From Candidatus Sericytochromatia bacterium (GTDB lineage Bacteria; Cyanobacteriota; Sericytochromatia; S15B-MN24; VGJW01), in NCBI GenBank assembly GCA_035285865.1, contig JAYKHS010000022.1:96001-160000 (forward strand): a stretch of DNA of 64,000 nt. Reading direction: 5' to 3'. Below the pieces are notes generated by a model. That model ran no database searches, was not told the DNA's origin, and saw only the letters and a list, made by a program, of their open reading frames with translations. Each line of letters begins with the position of its first letter. Position 1 is the stretch's first letter. Made by a program: the position numbers and the translations under genes. Positions 55,386 to 64,000 of this stretch are shown piece by piece.

Positions 55386-57020
55386 TTATCCCGCGTTGGT
55401 CCTTCCCGGCAGTTCCCGGAAGAAGTCATGGCCCTTGTCGTCGATCAGGATGTAGGCCGGGAAGTCGACGACCTCGATCTTCCACACGGCTTCCATGCCA
55501 AGGTCGGCAAAGTCCAGGCACGCGACCTTGCGGATGTTTTCTTCCGCGAGGATGGCTGCCGGGCCGCCGATGGAGCCCAGGTAGAACCCGCCGTGGCGCT
55601 GGCATGCCTCCGTCACCTGTGGGCTGCGGTTGCCCTTGGCGATCATGACGAGCGAGGCCCCGTGGCGCTGCAACAGGTCCACGTAACTGTCCATGCGGCC
55701 GGCCGTCGTCGGTCCGAATGATCCCGACGGCTTGCCCTCGGGAGTCTTCGCAGGACCCGCATAGTAGATGGGGTAGCGCAGCAGGTAGTCCGGCAACGGC
55801 TGTCCTGAGTCCAGGAGTTCCTTGAAGCGCGCGTGGGCAATGTCGCGTGCCACCACGATGGTGCCCGTGAGCGAGAGTGCGGTCGCGACGGGATGCTTTG
55901 TCAGTTCGGCCCGCAGGGCATCCATCCCTTGATCGAGATCGATCGCGACCGCGGGCGTCGCAGGTTCGTCTGTGGCCATCGGCAGCAGGCGGCCAGGCGT
56001 GCGGTCGAGGTCCTCGATCCAGACACCATCGGCATCGATCCTGGCCTTGATGTTGCGGTCGGCCGAGCACGACACGCCCATGCCCACGGGGCACGAGGCA
56101 CCGTGGCGCGGCAGGCGGATGACACGGACGTCGTGGGCAAAGTACTTGCCGCCGAACTGGGCTCCGATGCCGATGTCGTGGGCGGCCTGCAGCAACCGCT
56201 GCTCGAGGTCGAGGTCCCGGAAGGCCTGACCGTGGACGTTGCCCGCGGTGGGCAGGTGATCGTAATACTTGGTTGAAGCCAGCTTGACCGTCTTGAGACA
56301 GGCCTCGGCGCTGGTCCCGCCGATGACGAAGGCCAGATGGTACGGAGGGCAACCCGCCGTCCCCAGCGTGCGCATCTTGTCGACCAGGAAGGCAAAGAGC
56401 TTGTCGGGCGACAGCAGGGCCTTGGTCTCCTGGTAGAGGGCCGTCTTGTTGGCTGAACCGCCGCCCTTGGCCATGAAGAGGAACTTGTAGGCCATCCCCG
56501 GAGTGGCGTGGAGATCGATCTGGGCCGGCAGGTTGGTGCCCGTGTTGACCTCGCGATACATGTCGAGCGGGGCCACCTGCGAATAACGCAGGTTCTCCTC
56601 GGCGTAGGTCTTGTGGACGCCCATCGAGAGGAACTCCTCGTCGCGGACGCCGGTCCAGACCTGCTGGCCCTTCTTGCCGACGATGGTGGCCGTGCCGGTG
56701 TCCTGGCAGATGGGCAACTGGAACTGGGCGGCGATCTCGGCATTGCGCAGCATCGTGAGGGCGACGGCCTTGTCGTTCGACGAGGCCTCCGGATCGCTCA
56801 GGATCTTCGCCACGGCTTCGTTGTGCTCGGCCCGCAACAGGAACGAGACGTCACGCAGGGCTTCGTTGGCGACCAGGGTCAGGACAGCGGGATCGACCTT
56901 CAGGACGGGGGTGCCGTCGAAGTCGACGACGCGCACGCCTTCCTTGGTCACGAGCCGATAGCGCGTCGTGTCCTCGCCGATCGGGAAGGGGTCCTGATAC
57001 TGGAATTCCTTGGTGGTCAT
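55386..57020 (-). CDS. fumA: Class I (Fe-S) fumarate hydratase
   Basis: [49 protein letters not shown]. Confidence 0.95.
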   Translation of the reverse strand: MTTKEFQYQDPFPIGEDTTRYRLVTKEGVRVVDFDGTPVLKVDPAVLTLVANEALRDVSFLLRAEHNEAVAKILSDPEASSNDKAVALTMLRNAEIAAQFQLPICQDTGTATIVGKKGQQVWTGVRDEEFLSMGVHKTYAEENLRYSQVAPLDMYREVNTGTNLPAQIDLHATPGMAYKFLFMAKGGGSANKTALYQETKALLSPDKLFAFLVDKMRTLGTAGCPPYHLAFVIGGTSAEACLKTVKLASTKYYDHLPTAGNVHGQAFRDLDLEQRLLQAAHDIGIGAQFGGKYFAHDVRVIRLPRHGASCPVGMGVSCSADRNIKARIDADGVWIEDLDRTPGRLLPMATDEPATPAVAIDLDQGMDALRAELTKHPVATALSLTGTIVVARDIAHARFKELLDSGQPLPDYLLRYPIYYAGPAKTPEGKPSGSFGPTTAGRMDSYVDLLQRHGASLVMIAKGNRSPQVTEACQRHGGFYLGSIGGPAAILAEENIRKVACLDFADLGMEAVWKIEVVDFPAYILIDDKGHDFFRELPGRTNAG

Positions 57021-57113
57021 GGCCTTGCATGGTACGTCGGAGGGGCACGGAGGGCCAAGGGCGATGCGCCGGATCCGGGGCGCCACCCCGAGGCATGCGG
57101 AGCAGGCCGGGGC

Positions 57114-57122
57114 TGCTATGAT
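57114..57122 (+). promoter_or_regulatory. Extended -10 promoter element
   Basis: TG-C-TATGAT upstream of the MDR gene. Confidence 0.5.
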
Positions 57123-57175
57123 TCGGATCCGGATGCCCCTGTGGGCACTCCGTGGCGGCCCGGAGGAGTACGTTC

Positions 57176-58138
57176 GTGAAGAAGGTCCTGTGCATTGGCC
57201 CGAACGATGATGCCAGCCGCAGCATACGGGTGGAGGACGTACCGGAACCCGAGTGCCCGGATGCCGGTGTCCTCGTGGATGTGAAGGTTCGCCCGATCAA
57301 CCCCGCGGATCTGTTGCTGCTCAACGGTCGCCATGTCTTCACCCCGAACTATCCGGAGCCCGTCGGAATCGAAGGGGTCGGCATCGTGGCGAAGGCGGGC
57401 CCTGCGTCGCACTTGAGTCCGGGGACCGTCGTGGCCCTGCCTTACGGGGGTACGTGGTGCGAGCGCCTGGCCATGCCCGATGACGTCCTGCTGCCTCTGC
57501 CTGCCAACGTGGACCTGGATCAGGCGTCGATGCTCTGTGTCAATCCGTTCACGGCCGTGGGCCTGCTCGAAGGTGTTCCGGACGGGGGCACTGTCGTCAT
57601 GAATGCAGCCAACTCAGCCATCGCGCGGCTCGTCCTCGGGGTGGCGCGTCGCAGGGGCCTTCCCCTGATTGCCGTGGTTCGTGACGAGAGCCAAGCCCCG
57701 GCTTTGCTTGCGGCTGGGGCCAAAGCCGTGCTGACGGACGGCGAGGATCTTGCGGCGCGTGTCGCCGAGGTGGCTGCCACCCCGGTCTTGCGTGCGCTCG
57801 ACGCGGTTGCCGGGATGGCAAGCGGTCGGCTCTATGATTGCCTGGAAGAGGGTGGCGATCTGGTCGTCTATGGCCTGCTGGGTGCCGACGAGGTTCGTTT
57901 GCCGGCGGCGCGATTGGTCTTCCGGGATGTCGTGGTTCGAGGCTATTCCCGATTGCGCAACTATCGGGCCATGACCCATGAGAGACGGGGCGAGATACGT
58001 GAGGAGCTTCTGGCCCTGCTGGCCGAGGGCACCTTGCGCACCGAGGTGGAGGCTCGCTATCCGCTGGAGTCGGTTGCCGAGGCCCTGCGGCACCAACAGC
58101 GTGCGGGGCGCCGGGGCAAGATTCTCCTCGTATCGTGA
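57176..58138 (+). CDS. Zn-independent MDR oxidoreductase (trans-2-enoyl reductase/ETR-like)
   Basis: PINPADL, GIEGVG, VNPFTA, NAANSAI, GKILL; GGAGGAG RBS with GTG start. Confidence 0.88.
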   Translation: MKKVLCIGPNDDASRSIRVEDVPEPECPDAGVLVDVKVRPINPADLLLLNGRHVFTPNYPEPVGIEGVGIVAKAGPASHLSPGTVVALPYGGTWCERLAMPDDVLLPLPANVDLDQASMLCVNPFTAVGLLEGVPDGGTVVMNAANSAIARLVLGVARRRGLPLIAVVRDESQAPALLAAGAKAVLTDGEDLAARVAEVAATPVLRALDAVAGMASGRLYDCLEEGGDLVVYGLLGADEVRLPAARLVFRDVVVRGYSRLRNYRAMTHERRGEIREELLALLAEGTLRTEVEARYPLESVAEALRHQQRAGRRGKILLVS

Positions 58139-58169
58139 CCCGGCCAGCAACATCAGACGGAGAATCCAA

Positions 58170-58802
58170 ATGAAGATAGGTATCCTGGGAACGGGTCACG
58201 TTGGCCAAGCCTTGGCCAAGGGGCTCGAGGCGCTCGGGCACGAGATCGTGATCGGTAGTCGGACGGGTGACAGGATTGCCGCATTTGTCGCGGGCTCCGC
58301 GATGCGCGAGGAAACTTTTGCGGAAACCGCGCATCACGCGGAACTGGTCATCGTGGCCCTCAAGGGAGAGGTCGCGGAGGCCGTGGTGGCCTCCGTCGCG
58401 TCTCATCTTGTCGGGAAGGTCGTCCTGGACACGACCAACCCCATCGCCGGTTCCGCCGTCGATGGCATCGTGCCCTACTTCACTGGCCCGGGCGAGAGCC
58501 TTTTGCAGCGATTGCAGGCACTGGTGCCGCAGGCGCGCTTCGTGAAGTGCTTCAACTCGGTTGCGGCCCACCTCATGGTCCACCCTGACTTCGGGGGCCG
58601 TGTTCCGTCCATGTTTCTGTGTGGGGATGATGCAGAGGCCAAGGCCGTCGCGACATCCATCATCACGTCCCTGGGGTGGGCCCCTGAAGACGTTGGCGGG
58701 GCCGTGGCCGGCTCGGCCCTCGAGGCGCTATGCCAGATATGGTGTGCCCCGGGATTCCTGCGCAACGACTGGCACCACGCTTTCGCGGTCCTGCGCTCCT
58801 GA
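58170..58802 (+). CDS. NADPH-dependent F420 reductase-like dinucleotide-binding oxidoreductase
   Basis: MKIGILGTGHVG, GSR, LDTTNP, VKCFN, CGDD.AK. Confidence 0.88.
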   Translation: MKIGILGTGHVGQALAKGLEALGHEIVIGSRTGDRIAAFVAGSAMREETFAETAHHAELVIVALKGEVAEAVVASVASHLVGKVVLDTTNPIAGSAVDGIVPYFTGPGESLLQRLQALVPQARFVKCFNSVAAHLMVHPDFGGRVPSMFLCGDDAEAKAVATSIITSLGWAPEDVGGAVAGSALEALCQIWCAPGFLRNDWHHAFAVLRS

Positions 58803-58844
58803 GCCGCACGCGATGCGCCAGACTCGGAGGCGGGCAACGTCAGC

Positions 58845-60437
58845 TCATTCTCGGATTCCTAACTTGAACGGCAGGACATTGCTCATGCAATGGATGCCCC
58901 AATCCCGTTCGAGCGCGGTTCCGTCCTCGAACTTGCCCGAGGCATCGCGACCGTAGGTCACGGCACTGCGCCCGCCCACCGGGACGATCACGGCGTCCGG
59001 CAGCACACTGCGGAAGGCGTCCAGTGCCTGCTGATCTCGCGCCGTGAGCCGGTCCGGGTCAGCCGTTTCCGTCGGCATCAGGACAACGCGACGGCCATCG
59101 GGCAGGCTGCCCATCACCGTGTTCATGTAGCCCAGTTGGGGGCCGCCCCGCATACCGGGTGTCTGGGCCCAACCCTCGACCTGCTGGTCTTGCATGCCTT
59201 TTGCTGGATATCCCTGTTGGAAGCCGGGCAGCGTCCGGGGCTCGAATCCGGCGGCACGCAACTGGTTCTTGATGCTCGGATCTGCAGTGGCCAGATGCTC
59301 CCCGACAAAGGCAGTACGACCATCAGGGGACAGCACGGCGAGGTCCGAGTGGTACACATACGAGCGCATCGGCACCTTGAGGTCACCCAGTTCCTCGAAG
59401 CGCGCACGAACCTCTGGATCGAGGGAGGCGCGATCCTCGGGGGACATCGAGGCCAGAGCCTCCTTGTAGGTCACGGCCCCGTACCCGACTGGGGCCATGG
59501 CGTCCAGCGGCACGCCCGCATCGCGCATGCCGCGCATGGTGACGTCGAGGGCCTTGAGGAAGCCACCGGGCGTCGACACGTCGATGGACCGGGTGGTGGC
59601 CACGCGATCGACCGTATACCTGCTGAAGATGGCGGCTTGCGTTCCGTCCGGTCTGGTCAGGAACTGGGTATCCCCACCTTCCGAGATGATGTCGCTGACC
59701 CCGGTCTGGATGCCCAGCTCGTGCGCGAGCATGGCGGCCCCGTCGCGAGTCGTCTTGCCGGCCCAGTGCCGGGAATCCGGGATGCCGTCGGCATCAGGGC
59801 GCCAAGTATCGGGTCGGGCACTGCGGTCATTGGGGGTGAACAGCGTCGGCTCGCCGTTCAGCATCCCTGCGAGAAACTCGTCCTGGGGGAACGCCGCCAT
59901 ATCGGAACGAACCGGGTGGACATTGGCCTCCGGGACACCCAGTCGTGCAGCCAGACGGTTCCTTTCTTCGAGGAACCGCGGATCGGCAGGGCCATCCATC
60001 GGTTGGCGGGTGGGCACCACCAATTGGATCTCGGGATTGGCCTTGACTGCTGCGCGAGCGAGGAAGCCGGGATCCAGCCCGTCGCCCTTCAGGGTTTCGG
60101 AGTTGAGGACCATCGCCGAGAAGGGCACGTCATTTTCGCCGAAGAAGCGTTGGTCACGCGTGCCATCGGCCAATCGGGCAGCGTAGAGGCCCTCGCCGAT
60201 GCCGCTGCGTTGCACCGTGTCGCTTGCCCGCGCAGACGGCAGCGCGCGGATTGGCTCCTCCAGCGCGAGACCCGTTCCAAGGCCACGGCCCCGACCGACG
60301 ACCGAGTTGTCCTTTTCCAGTTTCAGGGGGCCGGTGCCTGACGAGGAAAGCGTCGTCTCCGGCTCGACAGGGTTATGCGCTGCAGGTCGAGCGGTCAAGG
60401 GTGTCGGTTGGAAGAGCGGGTCGATCGGCGTTGTCAT
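58845..60437 (-). CDS. Pentein-fold (guanidino-group modifying) enzyme, PAD/agmatine deiminase-like
   Basis: Motifs in order: FPQD, EGGD, YHSD, YMN, WGIHC near the C-terminus. Confidence 0.7.
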   Translation of the reverse strand: MTTPIDPLFQPTPLTARPAAHNPVEPETTLSSSGTGPLKLEKDNSVVGRGRGLGTGLALEEPIRALPSARASDTVQRSGIGEGLYAARLADGTRDQRFFGENDVPFSAMVLNSETLKGDGLDPGFLARAAVKANPEIQLVVPTRQPMDGPADPRFLEERNRLAARLGVPEANVHPVRSDMAAFPQDEFLAGMLNGEPTLFTPNDRSARPDTWRPDADGIPDSRHWAGKTTRDGAAMLAHELGIQTGVSDIISEGGDTQFLTRPDGTQAAIFSRYTVDRVATTRSIDVSTPGGFLKALDVTMRGMRDAGVPLDAMAPVGYGAVTYKEALASMSPEDRASLDPEVRARFEELGDLKVPMRSYVYHSDLAVLSPDGRTAFVGEHLATADPSIKNQLRAAGFEPRTLPGFQQGYPAKGMQDQQVEGWAQTPGMRGGPQLGYMNTVMGSLPDGRRVVLMPTETADPDRLTARDQQALDAFRSVLPDAVIVPVGGRSAVTYGRDASGKFEDGTALERDWGIHCMSNVLPFKLGIRE

Positions 60438-60543
60438 GAATTTCCCCTACCGCCGAAGGCTAACCTTGAATCAAGGGCGCCAGGGTCTTGCCCCTGTCGC
60501 TGGTGTGATATCGCCGCTCTGGAACGAGGTTACTCCCCCGTGC

Positions 60544-61611
60544 TCAGGCCAACCTCGGGTAGTCGACGTACCCCTCGGGTCCTCCACCGTAGAAGGTCCT
60601 CGTATCCCACGGGTTGAGGGCGGCTCCCACCGCAAAGCGCGCCGGCAGGTCCGGATTGGCGATGAAGGCCTTGCCGAAGGCCACCGCATCCGAGCGGCCC
60701 GCCGCCACGTCAGCCTCAGCCGTCTCGCGGGTGAATCCCTCGTTGGCGATGAAGGGGCCTCCGAACTGCTCGCGCAGCCAAGGACCCAGGCGGTCTGTGC
60801 CCTCGTGCTCGCGGGCAAGGAGGAAAGCCAGCCTGCGTCTGCCCAGTTCGCGAGCAACGTGCCCGAAGGTCTCACGGGGGTTGCTGTCGCCCATGTCGTG
60901 AGCATCGCCGCGAGGTGCCAGATGCATCCCGACCCGACCAGCCCCCCAGACCGAGATGCAGGCGTCGGCCACCTCGAGCATGAGGCGGGCGCGGTGGGCG
61001 GTCGTGCCGCCGTACGCGTCGGTCCGCCGGTTCGTGCGGTCCTGCAGGAACTGGTCGAGCAGGTAGCCGTTGGCACCATGGATCTCGACGCCATCGAAGC
61101 CAGCGCGAAGCGCGTTTTCGGCACCGTGGCGATAGGCTTCGACAATGCCCGGCAGTTCGTTCGTTGCGAGGGCTCGTGGTACGGGATAGGCTTCCTTGCC
61201 GTGCGGCAGACGGACCTGGCCATCTGCGCCCAAAGCGCTGGGGCCGACCGGCTGCGCTCCGTTCAGGTACCACGGATGCGAGATTCGCCCGACATGCCAT
61301 AGCTGAAGCATGATCCGCCCACCGGCCTCATGCACGGCCCGGGTGATGGCCTGCCAACCCTGGACCTGCGCCTCGGACCAGATGCCCGGCGTGTCCGGGT
61401 AGCCCACGCCCATGGGCGTCACCGCCGTGGCTTCGGCCAGGATCAGGCCGGCTGAAGCCCGCTGCACGTAGTAGTCCCGCATCAGGGGGGTGGGCACGCG
61501 GCCCTCGCCCGCGCGACAGCGGGTCAGCGGGGCCATGACGATGCGGTTCGGCAAGGTCAGGTCTCCGAGGCGAAGGGGGGAGAATAACTGCGCGACGGTG
61601 TCCATGGGCAT
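60544..61611 (-). CDS. Old Yellow Enzyme-family alkene reductase (NemA/XenB-like)
   Basis: MAPLTRCR, QLWHVGR, HGANGYL, RTDAYGG, FIANPDL. Start is ATG 61611 or 61605. Confidence 0.94.
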   Translation of the reverse strand: MPMDTVAQLFSPLRLGDLTLPNRIVMAPLTRCRAGEGRVPTPLMRDYYVQRASAGLILAEATAVTPMGVGYPDTPGIWSEAQVQGWQAITRAVHEAGGRIMLQLWHVGRISHPWYLNGAQPVGPSALGADGQVRLPHGKEAYPVPRALATNELPGIVEAYRHGAENALRAGFDGVEIHGANGYLLDQFLQDRTNRRTDAYGGTTAHRARLMLEVADACISVWGAGRVGMHLAPRGDAHDMGDSNPRETFGHVARELGRRRLAFLLAREHEGTDRLGPWLREQFGGPFIANEGFTRETAEADVAAGRSDAVAFGKAFIANPDLPARFAVGAALNPWDTRTFYGGGPEGYVDYPRLA

Positions 61612-61780
61612 GGAGCATCTCACGACAGCGGACATCGGACACTGGGGGACTGGGTGGGCTCCGGGGCTTGAAGAACTGGCGTTGCCGTGGACTTGCCCAT
61701 CTTCGCCCGGGCCCTTGGCTCTGACCGGGGGCGTGACGATCGTCTCGGCACCCGAGGATGACCTGCGCTATCCTCGCCTC

Positions 61781-62929
61781 GTGCGTTTCTCCGATTCCGC
61801 AGGCACTGACGCCGCGCGACACCCCGAACAAGACGGCTTGCCAGCCATGATGGCCGCCGCATTCTGCGGTGGGGATGCCGGGCTTGCCGTCAGGCCCTTC
61901 GGATCGGGCAACATCAACCGCACATACCTCGTCATGCCGGGGCAAGGCGATCGTCCACCTTTCCTGCTGCAGTGCCTGAACACCGAGGTCTTCCGGCAAC
62001 CAGAACTGGTCGCCGCTAACATCCGCGAAGTGCTGGGCCATGTCGCGGCGAACCTTGCCGCCCCGGATGGTCGGGTTGTCGGACGCTGGGAACTGCCTGA
62101 AGTGCTGCTGACGACGGAGGGCCGGGACCATGTCGTGGCCCCTGACGGCACCTGGTGGCGGGCCCAACGGTTCATCTCGGGCACCCGCACGGTGGATCGG
62201 GTCGAGGATCCGGGCATTGCCCGCGAGGTCGGTCGCGGATTGGGCTGTTTCCACAGGCTTGTGGCCGACCTGCCCGTTTCCGGGTTGGCCGACACGTTGC
62301 CCGGGTTCCATGTGACACCGGGTTATCTGGCTCGGTACGACATGGTCCGGGAAGGCCTGCCCGAGTCCGGTAACTCCGAGGAACGCTGGTGTCACGATTT
62401 CATCGGGCGCCATCGGCATGTGGCGCCCATGCTTGAAGATGCCTTGGCCGAAGGGCGCCTCCGGATCCGCCCGATTCACGGCGACCCCAAGGTCAACAAT
62501 ATCCTTCTGGACGAAGGGACAGGCGCGGCGGTTGCGGTCATCGATCTCGACACCGTCAAGCCGGGCTTGCTGCACTACGACCTCGGGGATTGCCTGCGGT
62601 CCAGTTGCAACCCTGCCGGGGAAGAACCCGCCGATCCGGGCGCGGTTCGTTTCGATCTGGATCTGGCCCGGGCGGTCCTGGAGGGCTACATGGGGGTGGC
62701 CGGCGCTGTTCTGGGACCTGCGGACCGTGACCTGATCCCCGCCTCCGCCCGTCTTTTGGCCTTCGAACTGGGCCTGCGGTTCTTCACCGATCATCTGGAG
62801 GGCGATGTCTATTTCCGGGTCGAGGAACGCGGATTGAACCTGCGGCGTGCCCGGGTGCAGTTCCGTCTGGCGGACGCCATCGAGGCCCGGTTCGACGATC
62901 TGGCGGCCATCGTCCGGGAGTGCGCGTGA
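61781..62929 (+). CDS. APH/choline-kinase-family phosphotransferase (N-acetylhexosamine kinase-like)
   Basis: GSGNINRTY, HGDPKVNN, IDLDTVKPG, YDLGD, LRFFTDHL.GD.YF. GTG 61781 lies 6 nt after TATCCT; alternative ATG at 61847. Confidence 0.85.
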   Translation: MRFSDSAGTDAARHPEQDGLPAMMAAAFCGGDAGLAVRPFGSGNINRTYLVMPGQGDRPPFLLQCLNTEVFRQPELVAANIREVLGHVAANLAAPDGRVVGRWELPEVLLTTEGRDHVVAPDGTWWRAQRFISGTRTVDRVEDPGIAREVGRGLGCFHRLVADLPVSGLADTLPGFHVTPGYLARYDMVREGLPESGNSEERWCHDFIGRHRHVAPMLEDALAEGRLRIRPIHGDPKVNNILLDEGTGAAVAVIDLDTVKPGLLHYDLGDCLRSSCNPAGEEPADPGAVRFDLDLARAVLEGYMGVAGAVLGPADRDLIPASARLLAFELGLRFFTDHLEGDVYFRVEERGLNLRRARVQFRLADAIEARFDDLAAIVRECA

Positions 62930-63474
62930 GCGAAACCTGGCTGCACCTGCATCCGTGGCCGGGCGAGCCCGCACCCGAGGGCGTGACCGTGAAGGCCCGG
63001 GCGCGCCTCGAGGACAGCCATCTCGAGATCGGCTGGGTCGTCGGGGATCCTCTGGGCGTGGTGGATTGGCCTGCCGTCTCGTCGGCACCCGAAAGGCGCG
63101 ACGGCCTGTGGGAGGCCACCTGTCTCGAGGCTTTCCGGGCCGGAGACTCGTCCGAGGCCTACGAGGAACTCAACCTGTCCCCCGAAGGGCATTGGCAGAT
63201 CTATGCCTTTGCCAACTACCGTGCAGGTGGCCGTGCGGACCCCGGGCAGGACCGACCAGCCGTCAGGTTCAAGGCCGGGCGCGGGGTCCGACTCGTCTCG
63301 GCCTCGTGGTTGCTGGCGCGTCCCCAGGCCGTGATCAGGGTAGGGTTGACGGCCATGATCCGCACACGCGAAGGGACCATGTCCTGCTGGGCGCTTCGGC
63401 ATCCCGGTGCGCAGCCCGACTTTCACCTCGCCGAAACAAGGATGCTCGAACTCGTCTCGAGACGGCCCGACTGA
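62926..63474 (+). CDS. DOMON-like domain protein
   Basis: RRDGLWEATCLEAF, YEELNLSP.G.W..Y.F..YR, WAL.H....PDFH; GTGA overlap with the kinase. Confidence 0.82.
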   Translation: MSETWLHLHPWPGEPAPEGVTVKARARLEDSHLEIGWVVGDPLGVVDWPAVSSAPERRDGLWEATCLEAFRAGDSSEAYEELNLSPEGHWQIYAFANYRAGGRADPGQDRPAVRFKAGRGVRLVSASWLLARPQAVIRVGLTAMIRTREGTMSCWALRHPGAQPDFHLAETRMLELVSRRPD

Positions 63475-63496
63475 ACGCCTGGCAACCAAGGCTTTC

Positions 63497-64000
63497 TCAG
63501 GACACCACCGGCCACGCCGGTGCACCCCACGCCTTCTGCGGGTGATCCATCATCAGAGCGATCACGAGCGGCACAAGGCGGGCCAGGAACCGTGCGGTAT
63601 CGCGGATCTGGTCCCGGTTCACGCTGCTGCGCCACGTCGCACCGCCGTGGACCAACTGGTTGCGCAGCGTGTAGACCCGGCCAAGCACCAAGGTCAGCAC
63701 CCGCTCCGTCTGTCCGGTGCCCAGTGCCTTGTGAGCCTGGGCCTTGGCCTGCTCGAAGTCGTGCGCGTAGACTTCGTGGGTGACTTCGCCCCGATGGTAT
63801 TCCCAGAAGCGCGGAAATACATAGGGATTGTCCAGCAGCATTCTGATGCTGCCCGGAAACTCTTTCCAAACCAGATTTTCCAGACGCCGATTCGCGGCAT
63901 CGAGCGAAAGGATGGCCTGGGTGAAGGTGCGGAAGGCTTCCTGCTCGGACAGCATTACCTGCTGGTCCATGTCGCGTGCATAGGCCGCATTGAAGGCAAT
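63497..64000 (-). CDS. HEPN-domain protein, ApeA-like (5' end beyond window)
   Basis: IAFNAAYA at the window edge; YTLRNQLVHGG carries the R-x4-H HEPN motif. Confidence 0.8.
   Translation of the reverse strand: MAFNAAYARDMDQQVMLSEQEAFRTFTQAILSLDAANRRLENLVWKEFPGSIRMLLDNPYVFPRFWEYHRGEVTHEVYAHDFEQAKAQAHKALGTGQTERVLTLVLGRVYTLRNQLVHGGATWRSSVNRDQIRDTARFLARLVPLVIALMMDHPQKAWGAPAWPVVS

Noticed and set aside
61490..61780. Long N-terminal extensions in the ORF track (kinase here; also cheR, fliR, fliI, panC, cmk, ABC ATPase)
   Set aside because: The extensions overlap neighbouring real genes; downstream starts with an RBS, leaderless spacing or stop/start coupling fit family lengths better.

Overview
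GC-rich bacterial chromosomal window with no prophage, integrase, IS element or CRISPR array. (1) 1-25.9 kb, minus strand: one Firmicutes-style fla/che operon, read as flgB flgC fliE fliF fliG fliH fliI fliJ fliK flgD [TIGR02530] flgE [FliK-like] [FlhB-C-like] flbD motA motB fliL fliM fliY cheY fliO fliP fliQ fliR flhB flhA cheR cheA (cheA runs off the window). (2) 26-35.6 kb, minus strand: an overlapped run of rseP, hemL, a MacAB/TolC-type efflux set (ATPase, TolC, adaptor, two permeases), panC and cmk, divergent from tRNA-Gln(UUG). (3) 35.8-64 kb: an accessory-looking region rich in lipoproteins and orphan enzymes. Several features suggest (inference only) a motile diderm relative of Cyanobacteria such as Sericytochromatia/Melainabacteria: adjacent but unfused panC/cmk, a cyanobacterial-like tRNA-Gln, a CpcT homologue, a kinase+DOMON-like pair, and TolC together with Firmicutes-type flagella. 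Most interesting leads: a five-gene methyltransferase-folB-pteridine reductase-PLD-CYTH operon (possible undescribed pterin pathway); a signal-less pentein-fold deiminase with an intact catalytic motif set; an XRE-TPR regulator with a small lipoprotein, facing two paralogous split-PepSY-like lipoproteins; an 842-aa FlgE with tandem D2-like repeats, preceded by a structured RNA element and a possible RNase-fold protein; and probable CTG start codons (motA and a hydrolase). All calls come from motif recognition by eye; no searches were run.
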